Origin: a virus
Lineage: Duplodnaviria > Caudoviricetes
DNA: 63,116 nt
IMG/VR virus record: IMGVR_UViG_3300004369_000014
Location: 1-63,116 of that record
Reading direction: 5' to 3' (one strand)
Below the pieces are notes generated by a model, which ran no database searches, was not told the DNA's origin, and saw nothing but the letters and a program-made list of their open reading frames with translations. Positions 15,879-23,766 of this stretch are shown here, piece after piece (the stretch's first letter is position 1; each line of letters opens with the position of its first letter). Both the position numbers and the translations under genes were made by a program.

Positions 15879-16391
15879 TCAAGAGGCTAAAACATATCCG
15901 TCGTTGTGCGGCCACAGGTACTCGTACGTTTCTGGTCTGACTCCAGAGTCTTCTTGCCAGTTGAACTGCGAGTACCACTCGTAGTTCTTGCACAGCAGGG
16001 CAGTACGATGAGTCGAGCACAGCGCAGAAAAGTATTCAGTGTCTATCATCCACGGAGGCAGAACGTACTCGCTTGAGATCCTGCCTAGCTCTACAGCTTT
16101 GTCATACGTAGCAAGAGTCTTCTCGAGCAGTGTTGATCTGTAGCCGCGCGATAGCCACTCGAAGTACGTAGAAAGAGTGTAAGAAACAAATACAGTTTCG
16201 TACCCTCTCCACATCTTGACTACAGGGTGGTTTGACCAGCCTTTAGGGTCACGGTCGTTACCGTCTGGGTCTAACCGTGTGATCGTCAAAAGACACTGCC
16301 AGGCCTCGAGTGTCTGCTTATGCAGACGCTTGTTGTCTAGAACAGCGGCCGTAGCCTCGAATGAGTCAGTTGAAATAAGAAATGATTGCAT
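15879..16391 (-). CDS. Pyrimidine-dimer DNA glycosylase-like (MSMEG_6728-type) protein
   Basis: MQSFL...AAVLDNKRLHKQTLEAWQ...GWSNHPVVKMWRGYE; GGAG RBS before ATG 16391; TGtTATATT upstream at 16416-16424. Confidence 0.75.
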   Translation of the reverse strand: MQSFLISTDSFEATAAVLDNKRLHKQTLEAWQCLLTITRLDPDGNDRDPKGWSNHPVVKMWRGYETVFVSYTLSTYFEWLSRGYRSTLLEKTLATYDKAVELGRISSEYVLPPWMIDTEYFSALCSTHRTALLCKNYEWYSQFNWQEDSGVRPETYEYLWPHNDGYVLAS

Positions 16392-16440
16392 TGTCTCTCC
16401 GTCGTTTGTTTGTACAATATAACATACGGAGATTAGAGAA

Positions 16441-17682
16441 TCATTTCTGATAGAAGTTCTTCTTGACGAAGTTCCGGCTAAAGCCCTTGTCAGTGTCGAG
16501 AAGGTACTCGCGGTCACCGATCAGTTCACCGCTCGGTCCGCTTGGTTGGCCACTGAGTGCCGCTCTCGCGGACTCTCCGATCCAGTTAGCGGCTTGTACC
16601 GCCACTGCTTTGCCCCACGTCGACCCTAGGGCAGAATAGCCCTTGACACTAGCGAACTCCCAGTCGTCTGGTAGACCTTGAATTCTTGCTGCCTCACGAT
16701 GGGTAATTCGTCTTGGCTGCGTCGGATGCACAACGTGTTCGAGAGCGCTACCTGTGAGAACGTGGCAATGAGAATTTGCGTCCCAGCGGGCTGGAAGAGA
16801 AAATCCCATGTAGAAGTCGTTCTCACGGATCTTCTCTTCTTTGTTGCTCCACGACTGAGGGAACTTGTCTCCGTTTTTTTCTACGGCAAGTTTTAGTGCC
16901 TCGTTGAGAGGCATCATCTGTTCCCAGCCTTCGTTACCGATGATGTCAAAGATTTCTTTGATTCTCTGCGACTCAAGATTATCTTTGTTCACGTGGCCAT
17001 CAACCAGTCCGCTTTGATTTCTTAGATGAGAAACGAACTTCGTCCCTTCGGAGCAGTACGGCTGCTTGTCCCACGTAATCTCAAGACGCTCGAGGTCACC
17101 GATCACATCCATCATCGTAGGCAGCTCTGCTGGGGTCTCGACGTGCGCGCCGAATGGCATACCTTGCTCTACAGCTACCCAGAAGTATCTCATTCGATAT
17201 GAGAATCCACCGACCTGGAGATTGTTGTGCTTGACGTGATACAGGTCGTACTTCTTTCCAGATAGCTCTTCTACCATGTCTCGGTACTGAACCATCACGT
17301 TGCGCCCCTGCGTGTACGCCTGCTGCACGCATTCGAAGATAATCATCTTCGGTTGAATCTTAGCAGCGTACTTCATAAACGCTCGTGTGTGCTCGTGCGC
17401 CTTAGCGTCTGGCCCTCTGTTAGCAGGGCCTGACCACAGCGACCAGCCAGAACACGGCGGGCAGCCAAGAACTACGTCAGCTTCTTGAGTAGGCCAGTCT
17501 TCGGGGTCGTCGGAGAAATAAGACGCCCAGTTGTCACCGAGGTGCTTTCTGTTTGCTTGAGCCACCGGATTACCGAAGTCCAGCGTGCCTGTCCGTAGTG
17601 ACATGTCAAACCCGGAGTTTACAAATCCAAGACTCATAAATCCAGCCAAGCCGTTGCAGTCGATAAAGTTTAGATCACTCAT
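16441..17682 (-). CDS. DNA (cytosine-5)-methyltransferase-family protein with atypical cofactor motifs
   Basis: GCPPCSGWS (motif IV), FECV (VI), RMRYF (VIII), RRITHREAARIQGLPDDW (IX), WGKAV (X). Confidence 0.88.
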   Translation of the reverse strand: MSDLNFIDCNGLAGFMSLGFVNSGFDMSLRTGTLDFGNPVAQANRKHLGDNWASYFSDDPEDWPTQEADVVLGCPPCSGWSLWSGPANRGPDAKAHEHTRAFMKYAAKIQPKMIIFECVQQAYTQGRNVMVQYRDMVEELSGKKYDLYHVKHNNLQVGGFSYRMRYFWVAVEQGMPFGAHVETPAELPTMMDVIGDLERLEITWDKQPYCSEGTKFVSHLRNQSGLVDGHVNKDNLESQRIKEIFDIIGNEGWEQMMPLNEALKLAVEKNGDKFPQSWSNKEEKIRENDFYMGFSLPARWDANSHCHVLTGSALEHVVHPTQPRRITHREAARIQGLPDDWEFASVKGYSALGSTWGKAVAVQAANWIGESARAALSGQPSGPSGELIGDREYLLDTDKGFSRNFVKKNFYQK

Positions 17683-17993
17683 TAGCCCTCCGAGTTCTTG
17701 TCATCAGAAATACCGACTTCATAGCCGCACGCGGCGTAACCCGCGATGTCTGTCCACGTGTCTGCTTGAAATCCGTAGTTTGACGCGTGGCGAGCAAGTT
17801 TTACGGCAATCATTGCCATTGCGACTTCTTCTCTTGTAAACTTTCTGCCAAAGATCACGCTCCACATCTGCGCGATTCTTCCGAAGTTTTCTTCAGGCCC
17901 ACCGTACTGTTTGTCTCGTTGGCCGGAGATGATCTTTGCAGCTTCAATAAGCATCTTCTCGCGGTCACTGACTTCTTTCTTAAGGCCGCTCAT
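17682..17993 (-). CDS. DUF6378-like protein (nucleotide-modification-associated)
   Basis: GQRDKQYGGPEENFGRIAQMWS ... MIAVKLAR ... DTWTDIAGYA. Confidence 0.75.
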   Translation of the reverse strand: MSGLKKEVSDREKMLIEAAKIISGQRDKQYGGPEENFGRIAQMWSVIFGRKFTREEVAMAMIAVKLARHASNYGFQADTWTDIAGYAACGYEVGISDDKNSEG

Positions 17994-18187
17994 GAGTCTC
18001 GTTTGACGCGTATCGTGCATCTTCCGACGTAATAGTCTCGATCTTTAGCGCGTTCTATGACTACCTCAGAATCAGGGGGTAGCAGCGGGCTAGAGCTCTC
18101 AGACACGACACCCCACTCGTACGTTAGCTGCTCTAGAACTTCAGACAGTGTATGCCCAGAAGTTTCTAAATTGACTAGGATTCGCAT
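17990..18187 (-). CDS. Hypothetical protein
   Basis: Coupled by TAATG and ATGA overlaps to both neighbours. Confidence 0.6.
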   Translation of the reverse strand: MRILVNLETSGHTLSEVLEQLTYEWGVVSESSSPLLPPDSEVVIERAKDRDYYVGRCTIRVKRDS

Positions 18188-18399
18188 TATTCGTACACTT
18201 CCCACTCGCTTAGATCTTCGAATTCAGCCAAGTAGCCGTAGCCTAGGACTGGTTTCTCTGGCCCTCCAGCGACAAACACTCTACTATTTGATTCGTCACT
18301 GCACGAGCAGTCCATACGATCTCCAGAACTAAAAGATTGGACAGTGTCTCCGCAAGTGAGACACTTGACTTTGTGAGTGATCTGTCTTTCTGTGCTCAT
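18187..18399 (-). CDS. Small Zn-binding hypothetical protein
   Basis: KCLTCGD...CSC...VAGG motif. Confidence 0.65.
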   Translation of the reverse strand: MSTERQITHKVKCLTCGDTVQSFSSGDRMDCSCSDESNSRVFVAGGPEKPVLGYGYLAEFEDLSEWEVYE

Positions 18400-18412
18400 T
18401 TTCGTCTGTTTG

Positions 18413-18643
18413 TTAGATTCTTTTTTCTAACTTATACGGAGGGTGACGAGCTTCGTGTATTTCTGGAGTGATTTCATCGATAGTTTTCACGTAGACATCT
18501 CCTGAAATGACGCGCAGAACTTCTACCATTCTTCCGTTATGCAGCGTCCCCGCGTCTGTTGCGTACGCGTTTCTTTTCACGCGTAGAACCTGTCCCGGCT
18601 CTATAGCAGAAGGATCAACGTCTACCCAAGTTTCACTCGCCAT
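18413..18643 (-). CDS. Hypothetical protein (small beta domain)
   Basis: Start at MASETW overlapping the upstream stop; upstream part of the tracked ORF is a shadow of the dUTPase gene. Confidence 0.6.
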   Translation of the reverse strand: MASETWVDVDPSAIEPGQVLRVKRNAYATDAGTLHNGRMVEVLRVISGDVYVKTIDEITPEIHEARHPPYKLEKRI

Positions 18644-19121
18644 TGGCCAATTTTTCGATTGCCGGCGGGCATGAAACTTCTGGGCAAGAAGAAACGTCGT
18701 AATCGTCAAGAGCCCTAAAACACTTCTTGCACTTGACTCCGTCGTCAAGAACCCTGTAGCCCTTGCGCTGTCTTTCTGCGTTGACCTGCATTTTCTTGAG
18801 ATATTCTTCGTCAAGCTCCGCGTCTGTTGCGCCAGCGGCGCACAGGATGTTCGCGACAAAGTGAAGAACGTCTACACACTCCTTGACGATTTCTTTTCTA
18901 TCAGCGTACGGATTGTCGTGCTGCCAAGGCTTCCACGAGATCGCCTTACGAACCTCGGCGAGTTCATCATCGATAGCAAGCATGTTCCACCGAAGGTACT
19001 CGATGAGTTGAGTAAGATCTTCGGGCGCGTCGCTATGAAACACAGAATAGTCTGCGCCGTAGACATCGCGCTGAAGTTGAGACGTTTTCTCAAGCCAAGA
19101 GTTAAACAGATACGTTGTCAT
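18633..19121 (-). CDS. All-alpha NTP pyrophosphohydrolase (dimeric dUTPase/dCTPase, MazG-like)
   Basis: DDELAE ... SWKPW ... KECVDVLHF ... YLKKMQVNAERQ. Confidence 0.82.
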   Translation of the reverse strand: MTTYLFNSWLEKTSQLQRDVYGADYSVFHSDAPEDLTQLIEYLRWNMLAIDDELAEVRKAISWKPWQHDNPYADRKEIVKECVDVLHFVANILCAAGATDAELDEEYLKKMQVNAERQRKGYRVLDDGVKCKKCFRALDDYDVSSCPEVSCPPAIEKLANGE

Positions 19122-20145
19122 GTGAGTCCAATCCAATCGTTTGTAGTAGATGCCATATTGCGTTTTCTGGGTCTTTTATAGAAGACAGATAAGCAGACCG
19201 TTGCGCCTCAGCGAGATCGCGTCTTTCATCAACAGACATGTGTTCGACGGTCGCCGGTATCGCTGCCCACGCGTCCCCGAGCGCTAATGAATAGCGCCAT
19301 TCAGTGCATATAGGGAGTTGATGCTGCATCGCCTGAGAGTATCTACGCGACCACCAAGGAGCTCCAGATGGTCCTGGAGAAATAATAGCGCCGATGCACG
19401 AGCGCATGACCATGTCCGCGTCTACGTCTGACGACCCTTTGTTTTGCTTCATCAAAACGTAGTCGTTCTTCATCGTGCTCGACACAGACTTGAACCACTT
19501 AGTCTTATCGTTGTCGACGCACCACGATGAGCGAGAAAGGCTACTTGACGTAGCACGAGGCTCACGTAACCTAAACGCATCAAGATTCACGCCTCTGAGA
19601 TTACCTCTTGCCATCCCGAACAGCAGATTTTCAACCTCTTGCGTTTCCACGAATGGCGTGCTTGGGTACAAGGTCACAGTGTACCACTCGTACAGAAGAA
19701 ATTCAACTGCCTTCTCTACTTTAGCAAGAGCTTTTTTGTCTTCAAAGATTCTTGAGCGCTCTTTTCTCGCCGAGTACAGGGGCTTAAACAGAGAAAGAAA
19801 AGATTTGTCTACAGCCGTTAGATTTCTTCTAACTGAGCTGGGATCTGTAGTGTCTATAGCTAGAACTAAGCGACTCGGATCCGTGTTGATCAGCGTAGAG
19901 ATCACACTTAACGCTCCGTAAGCGTAATTAGCAGTCAAACTAAGAATAGGAGAAACTCCAACAATTACCTTATCAAAGGCAGTCAGATGCTCGTACCCCA
20001 TGTCTGCACTCGGGGCGCCTATGGTGACATCAACACCAGCATCACTAAGCACTGAGTGAATTTCTCCGCTAAACGAAGCAGATCTTTGTATCAAGTTAGG
20101 CGAGCACTGCGGCGCTGTCATGCCAGTGATGAAGACTGACGCCAT
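19102..20145 (-). CDS. Putative GT-B-like transferase, paralogue of 20118-21353
   Basis: VFITGMTA N-terminal strand; GAIISP..WWSRRY..MS.DER motif shared with the neighbour. Confidence 0.5.
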   Translation of the reverse strand: MASVFITGMTAPQCSPNLIQRSASFSGEIHSVLSDAGVDVTIGAPSADMGYEHLTAFDKVIVGVSPILSLTANYAYGALSVISTLINTDPSRLVLAIDTTDPSSVRRNLTAVDKSFLSLFKPLYSARKERSRIFEDKKALAKVEKAVEFLLYEWYTVTLYPSTPFVETQEVENLLFGMARGNLRGVNLDAFRLREPRATSSSLSRSSWCVDNDKTKWFKSVSSTMKNDYVLMKQNKGSSDVDADMVMRSCIGAIISPGPSGAPWWSRRYSQAMQHQLPICTEWRYSLALGDAWAAIPATVEHMSVDERRDLAEAQRSAYLSSIKDPENAIWHLLQTIGLDSHDNVSV

Positions 20146-21353
20146 TCGTGCCCCCCATTTTTTGACAGTTTGTAACCTTTGTCTTCTGCAACAGCTCGGT
20201 TGATTATTTTGTTTACGTGCGAAACAAAAGAATCGTACGATGGCATATGAGCACGAAGCGTGTCTGCCTGCGCTGTTGCTGCCTGCTCGAGCTCAGAGTC
20301 GGACATCGACTCGACCTGCTTGATTGTAAGCTTGTACGCGTCACCAAGAGGCGCGCCTTCTCCCTTATCTGTAACCAAGATCGAACGGACTCGCGCTGCG
20401 TACATGAAGCGGCTTCTCCACCAACCGCTGCCTGCGTGCGGGTACGGAGGCGAAAGAATTCCCCAGTAGTTGTTGTAAAACGCTAGAACGTCTTCTTCGC
20501 TATCAAGCCGTTGACCGCCAAATTTCTTAATTAGCTTACGACTGCCAACAATTTCTACAGGCCACTCAGGATTCTTTTTCTCAAGCCACGTGTCGTGAGG
20601 CATAAGAGCGCCAAGAACCCATGCACGACTCTTCTGTTCTGCGGGCAGCGGCTCGCATGAGTTTAGGATGTCGTAGATTGTAGCGCTTGGATCGAGTGCT
20701 TCTATTCCTGCCATTTCCTTAGGCATTCTCTTTCGAACAAGAGATCTGTCGCCGAAGCTGTACATAGGGCATACTGGCACAAGGCCTCTTTCCCATCTGT
20801 CAGCAAGAAGCGCTCTACCGGACTCGACGAGCTGTCCTTCATATTCTCTAACATTGTCGTCATTGTCGTTAAAGAAGTATCTGCCAATGCCGCACTTCTT
20901 CTCCGCCTCGGGATTTGCCTTGACTATGCGATCGAGCGCTGCCTTTGCGTCTTCGTATGAGTAGTACGTCGCGTCTTCGCTACCACGCAGGGCAGAACCA
21001 GAGAGAAGATACTTGTAGAGTATCTCTGGGTGACGAACAAGTGAACGACATGCGTTGAATACCGAGGCAAACTGCCAATCGTCAAAAAATCCAACAGCGG
21101 GAAGACCGGAGCTCAGCGTATATAGTGCGCCCATAGCACCTTGACGGCCGTTCAAGGAGTTCAACGGACCTAGATTTACCCACGCCGCGTCGTAAGACGA
21201 AAGATCTTCGCCTGGAGTAACTCGTCTCCAGTCTACAGAGTGGCCACTCTCCTCGAGAGCTTTTACGATCGAGGCAGGTACGTCTATCTTTTTGATAGTG
21301 CGATGCTCTGTATTGATCTGCAGAGCAGTAAAGCCTGTCATAAGTATTTTCAT
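20118..21353 (-). CDS. Putative GT-B-like transferase (DNA-modification-associated)
   Basis: MKILMTGFTA; GILSPPY..GWWRSRFMYAARVRSILVTD resembles the GT-B C-terminal R-F-x-A...TD motif; AAGGAG RBS. Confidence 0.55.
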   Translation of the reverse strand: MKILMTGFTALQINTEHRTIKKIDVPASIVKALEESGHSVDWRRVTPGEDLSSYDAAWVNLGPLNSLNGRQGAMGALYTLSSGLPAVGFFDDWQFASVFNACRSLVRHPEILYKYLLSGSALRGSEDATYYSYEDAKAALDRIVKANPEAEKKCGIGRYFFNDNDDNVREYEGQLVESGRALLADRWERGLVPVCPMYSFGDRSLVRKRMPKEMAGIEALDPSATIYDILNSCEPLPAEQKSRAWVLGALMPHDTWLEKKNPEWPVEIVGSRKLIKKFGGQRLDSEEDVLAFYNNYWGILSPPYPHAGSGWWRSRFMYAARVRSILVTDKGEGAPLGDAYKLTIKQVESMSDSELEQAATAQADTLRAHMPSYDSFVSHVNKIINRAVAEDKGYKLSKNGGHEWRQSSSLA

Positions 21354-21371
21354 TGACTTCCTTTCGACTAT

Positions 21372-21410
21372 GCAAGATGGCCGCCTGCGCTAGGCAGGCG
21401 ACCATGTTGC
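21372..21410 (-). terminator. Stem-loop downstream of the SSB gene
   Basis: Minus strand GCAACATGGTCGCCTGC-CTAGC-GCAGGCGGCCATCTTGC, ~16 bp with one G-U and one mismatch; no U tract. Confidence 0.6.
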
Positions 21411-21423
21411 GACTGTCAGTTGA

Positions 21424-22020
21424 TCAGAACGGCGCTGCCGGCGGCGTCGATGCGTCCTGAGCGGGAGCAACCTGTGCTTCAACAGGCGCCGGTGCCGGAG
21501 CAGGCGCGGGAGCAGCAGCTTCTGCTACTGGAGCCGGTGCCGGTGCCGGGGCAGGGGCTGGAGCGGGAGCCGGAGCAGCTGCAACAGCAGGAGCGGGCGA
21601 CGCAGCGGCAGCAGGCGCGACCGCATAGTACGCCTTGATCTCGTTCTTCTTTTGTCCCTGCCAAGTACGCGAGCCGACCTGTGCGCGGAAGCTACGACCC
21701 TTGAGAGTCTGCTCAATCTGAGCGTTGCTCGGGTTAGTCGAGAAGTAGTCTCTGTTCAGGCCGAGGGCATTCATCTTGCGGAAGAAGATACCGAGCGCAG
21801 ACGGATTGTCTGTCGAAACAACGAGGTTGTCCCAGACAAGTCGTTTTGCGTGCGCGCCGGACTGAACCTGCGCCTTGACGGCGAACATCGTCTTTCCAGT
21901 CTGCGTGACCTTAGCCTGTGCTTCTACGATCGTCAGATCGTAGTCGCCGTCCGGAAGCGGGTCGTAGTTTCCTACGTCACCTGCGTCCTTGATGAGATCT
22001 CCCCAATTAAGTGAGCTCAT
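21424..22020 (-). CDS. Phage ssDNA-binding protein (DUF669-like) with Ala/Pro-rich tail
   Basis: YDPLPDGDYDLTIVEA ... TGKTMF ... KNEIKAY, ends in PF; follows a Sak4-like ATPase. Confidence 0.75.
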   Translation of the reverse strand: MSSLNWGDLIKDAGDVGNYDPLPDGDYDLTIVEAQAKVTQTGKTMFAVKAQVQSGAHAKRLVWDNLVVSTDNPSALGIFFRKMNALGLNRDYFSTNPSNAQIEQTLKGRSFRAQVGSRTWQGQKKNEIKAYYAVAPAAAASPAPAVAAAPAPAPAPAPAPAPAPVAEAAAPAPAPAPAPVEAQVAPAQDASTPPAAPF

Positions 22021-22060
22021 GATATGTCTCCTTTGTGTAGTTGATTACTTACTAACATGG

Positions 22061-22810
22061 TCACGACTGCTTCGGACCAAACACGAGGTCGAGCATCGCT
22101 TCAACCCCGAGATCTTTTTGCTCTACTACCTTACCGAGTCGGCCCTGCACTCGTTCGCCGGCTTCATGCTGCGCCGTGCGCTCGACATACATGCGCCGAG
22201 CCTTGTACGGGGGCTGCGTAGGATCTTCATTGTGAAACTCCTCGACTGACAGAGCGCCGAGAATGTCGTAAAAGTACGGAGCTTGAATGGCAAGCTGGCC
22301 CTGAAGGTACGGACGGTAGCGACCGTCTTGGCCCTGACGCGCCATTGCAGTCAAGACAACGGCCTCAAGAGGCGCAGTTGGGTGCATCGTAAGGTCGCGA
22401 AGATCGCGAAGCAGTGCACCCATGTGGCGAAGAAGCTCACCCCACTGCTGCATCTGCATCTGATTCTTACCGGCGATGTTGTCGACGCACTTTACTTGAA
22501 GCTCAGAAACTGAGTCGATGATCAGTGACTTGAACTGGTGCTTGCCGAGCTGTAGCCACTGGTACGCCTTGAGAACCGTATCGTATTCAACGACGTTCAC
22601 GACACATGTGTCCCAGGTGCCATCTGCTACGGGCGGCTCTTCGCGCAACGGATCCCAGTACTTTACATTGATTGGCAAGAATCTGTGTCCGCCTTCAACG
22701 TCGAGCATCAATCGAGGGTACGGAGCAGTCACTGCAAAGGTCGACTTACCGACCTTAGACTCTCCATAGACCATGATTGTCAGCGATCTTTGTACTCCTG
22801 ACATAGTCAC
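22061..22810 (-). CDS. Sak4/AAA_24-like P-loop ATPase (recombinase)
   Basis: YGESKVGKST Walker A, LDVEGG, SLIIDSVSEL Walker B. Confidence 0.82.
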   Translation of the reverse strand: MTMSGVQRSLTIMVYGESKVGKSTFAVTAPYPRLMLDVEGGHRFLPINVKYWDPLREEPPVADGTWDTCVVNVVEYDTVLKAYQWLQLGKHQFKSLIIDSVSELQVKCVDNIAGKNQMQMQQWGELLRHMGALLRDLRDLTMHPTAPLEAVVLTAMARQGQDGRYRPYLQGQLAIQAPYFYDILGALSVEEFHNEDPTQPPYKARRMYVERTAQHEAGERVQGRLGKVVEQKDLGVEAMLDLVFGPKQS

Positions 22811-23766
22811 TCACTTCCTTTTATCTCTGATGATTGATAGTAGCCGTACGGGTCGTCTACCTTGTATAGCTCTGTGATCGCGTGTTCGGCAGCGCTTCCG
22901 TCGTCGAACAGAGGGCAGATCCCAAAGAATTGGCACTTCCACTTGCAATCTCGGCTGGGACGAGGATACGCCACAAAGTGGTGATCTCCTCCTTCATCCA
23001 GCGCCTTTCTCACGCTCAGCATGTCGCCGATCGTTCCGTGTATCCGATTCCAAAATGCGCGTAAAGCAAAAGAGTTATGTCGGACTTCAAACTGATCATA
23101 GAAAGGAGGCTTAGCGTTGGCTGTCCTCTTTACTTTCTTCAGCATTGTGAAGATGCCGCCCTCACAGCGCTCGCCTTCCTTGTTCTGCGCGGCCTCGAGA
23201 AGCATGTACGTAAGTATTTGCTCGTTCATATGGGCAAGGCTCGCAAACTCCGCGAACGATCCGCCAACTGTCTTAAAGTCTCTAAACATGCGAACGCCAT
23301 CGGCTTTGCGACGAACACGCATGTCGAGCTTGCCTTGAAGCTCAACCTGGCCGTCGAATAGAGGTAGACTGATAATTTCTTCTGTAGAAATCATCTCGAG
23401 TTCAGCGTCAATGCCGTTTTCATCTACCCACTGCAGATATCCTTCGAGCATGATTCTTCCAAGTTCAGCCTCGGTCTCAAGCTCAACGGTGTCGCGGTAG
23501 CTGTCGATCAATGCTTGCTTGTCTGCTTGAACGTACTTTGCGTACGCTTCAAGAAGCGGCGTGCCGGTCGAGTAATACTCGTCAAGTGCGGCATGAACTC
23601 GTGACCCAAGAGCAAGAGCTCCAGTGAAATTCTCAGTCTGGGGCTTCAGCCGTCTGTAGTACGCTAGCCACCACTTTCTTCTACAGTCTTTGAAAGTCTG
23701 TATCTCAGAATTAGAAAGTCTGATGGGCTCTTTAGAAAGAGTTACCGGGGTTTCTGTGATTGTCAC
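22807..23766 (-). CDS. PD-(D/E)xK Cas4/RecB-like exonuclease
   Basis: SNSEIQTFKDC, GSRVHAAL, GKLD..DFKT, QILTY, C-terminal CKWKCQFFGIC. Confidence 0.85.
   Translation of the reverse strand: MTITETPVTLSKEPIRLSNSEIQTFKDCRRKWWLAYYRRLKPQTENFTGALALGSRVHAALDEYYSTGTPLLEAYAKYVQADKQALIDSYRDTVELETEAELGRIMLEGYLQWVDENGIDAELEMISTEEIISLPLFDGQVELQGKLDMRVRRKADGVRMFRDFKTVGGSFAEFASLAHMNEQILTYMLLEAAQNKEGERCEGGIFTMLKKVKRTANAKPPFYDQFEVRHNSFALRAFWNRIHGTIGDMLSVRKALDEGGDHHFVAYPRPSRDCKWKCQFFGICPLFDDGSAAEHAITELYKVDDPYGYYQSSEIKGSE

Noticed and set aside
21430-21625. Ala-Pro repeat as a separate element or hydroxylase substrate
   Set aside because: Typical flexible linker before the C-terminal PF of phage SSBs; nothing links it to the oxygenase cluster
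22807-23766. CRISPR-Cas adaptation gene (cas4)
   Set aside because: Solo Cas4/RecB-like nuclease in a standard SSB-Sak4-exonuclease recombination module; no cas1/cas2 or array
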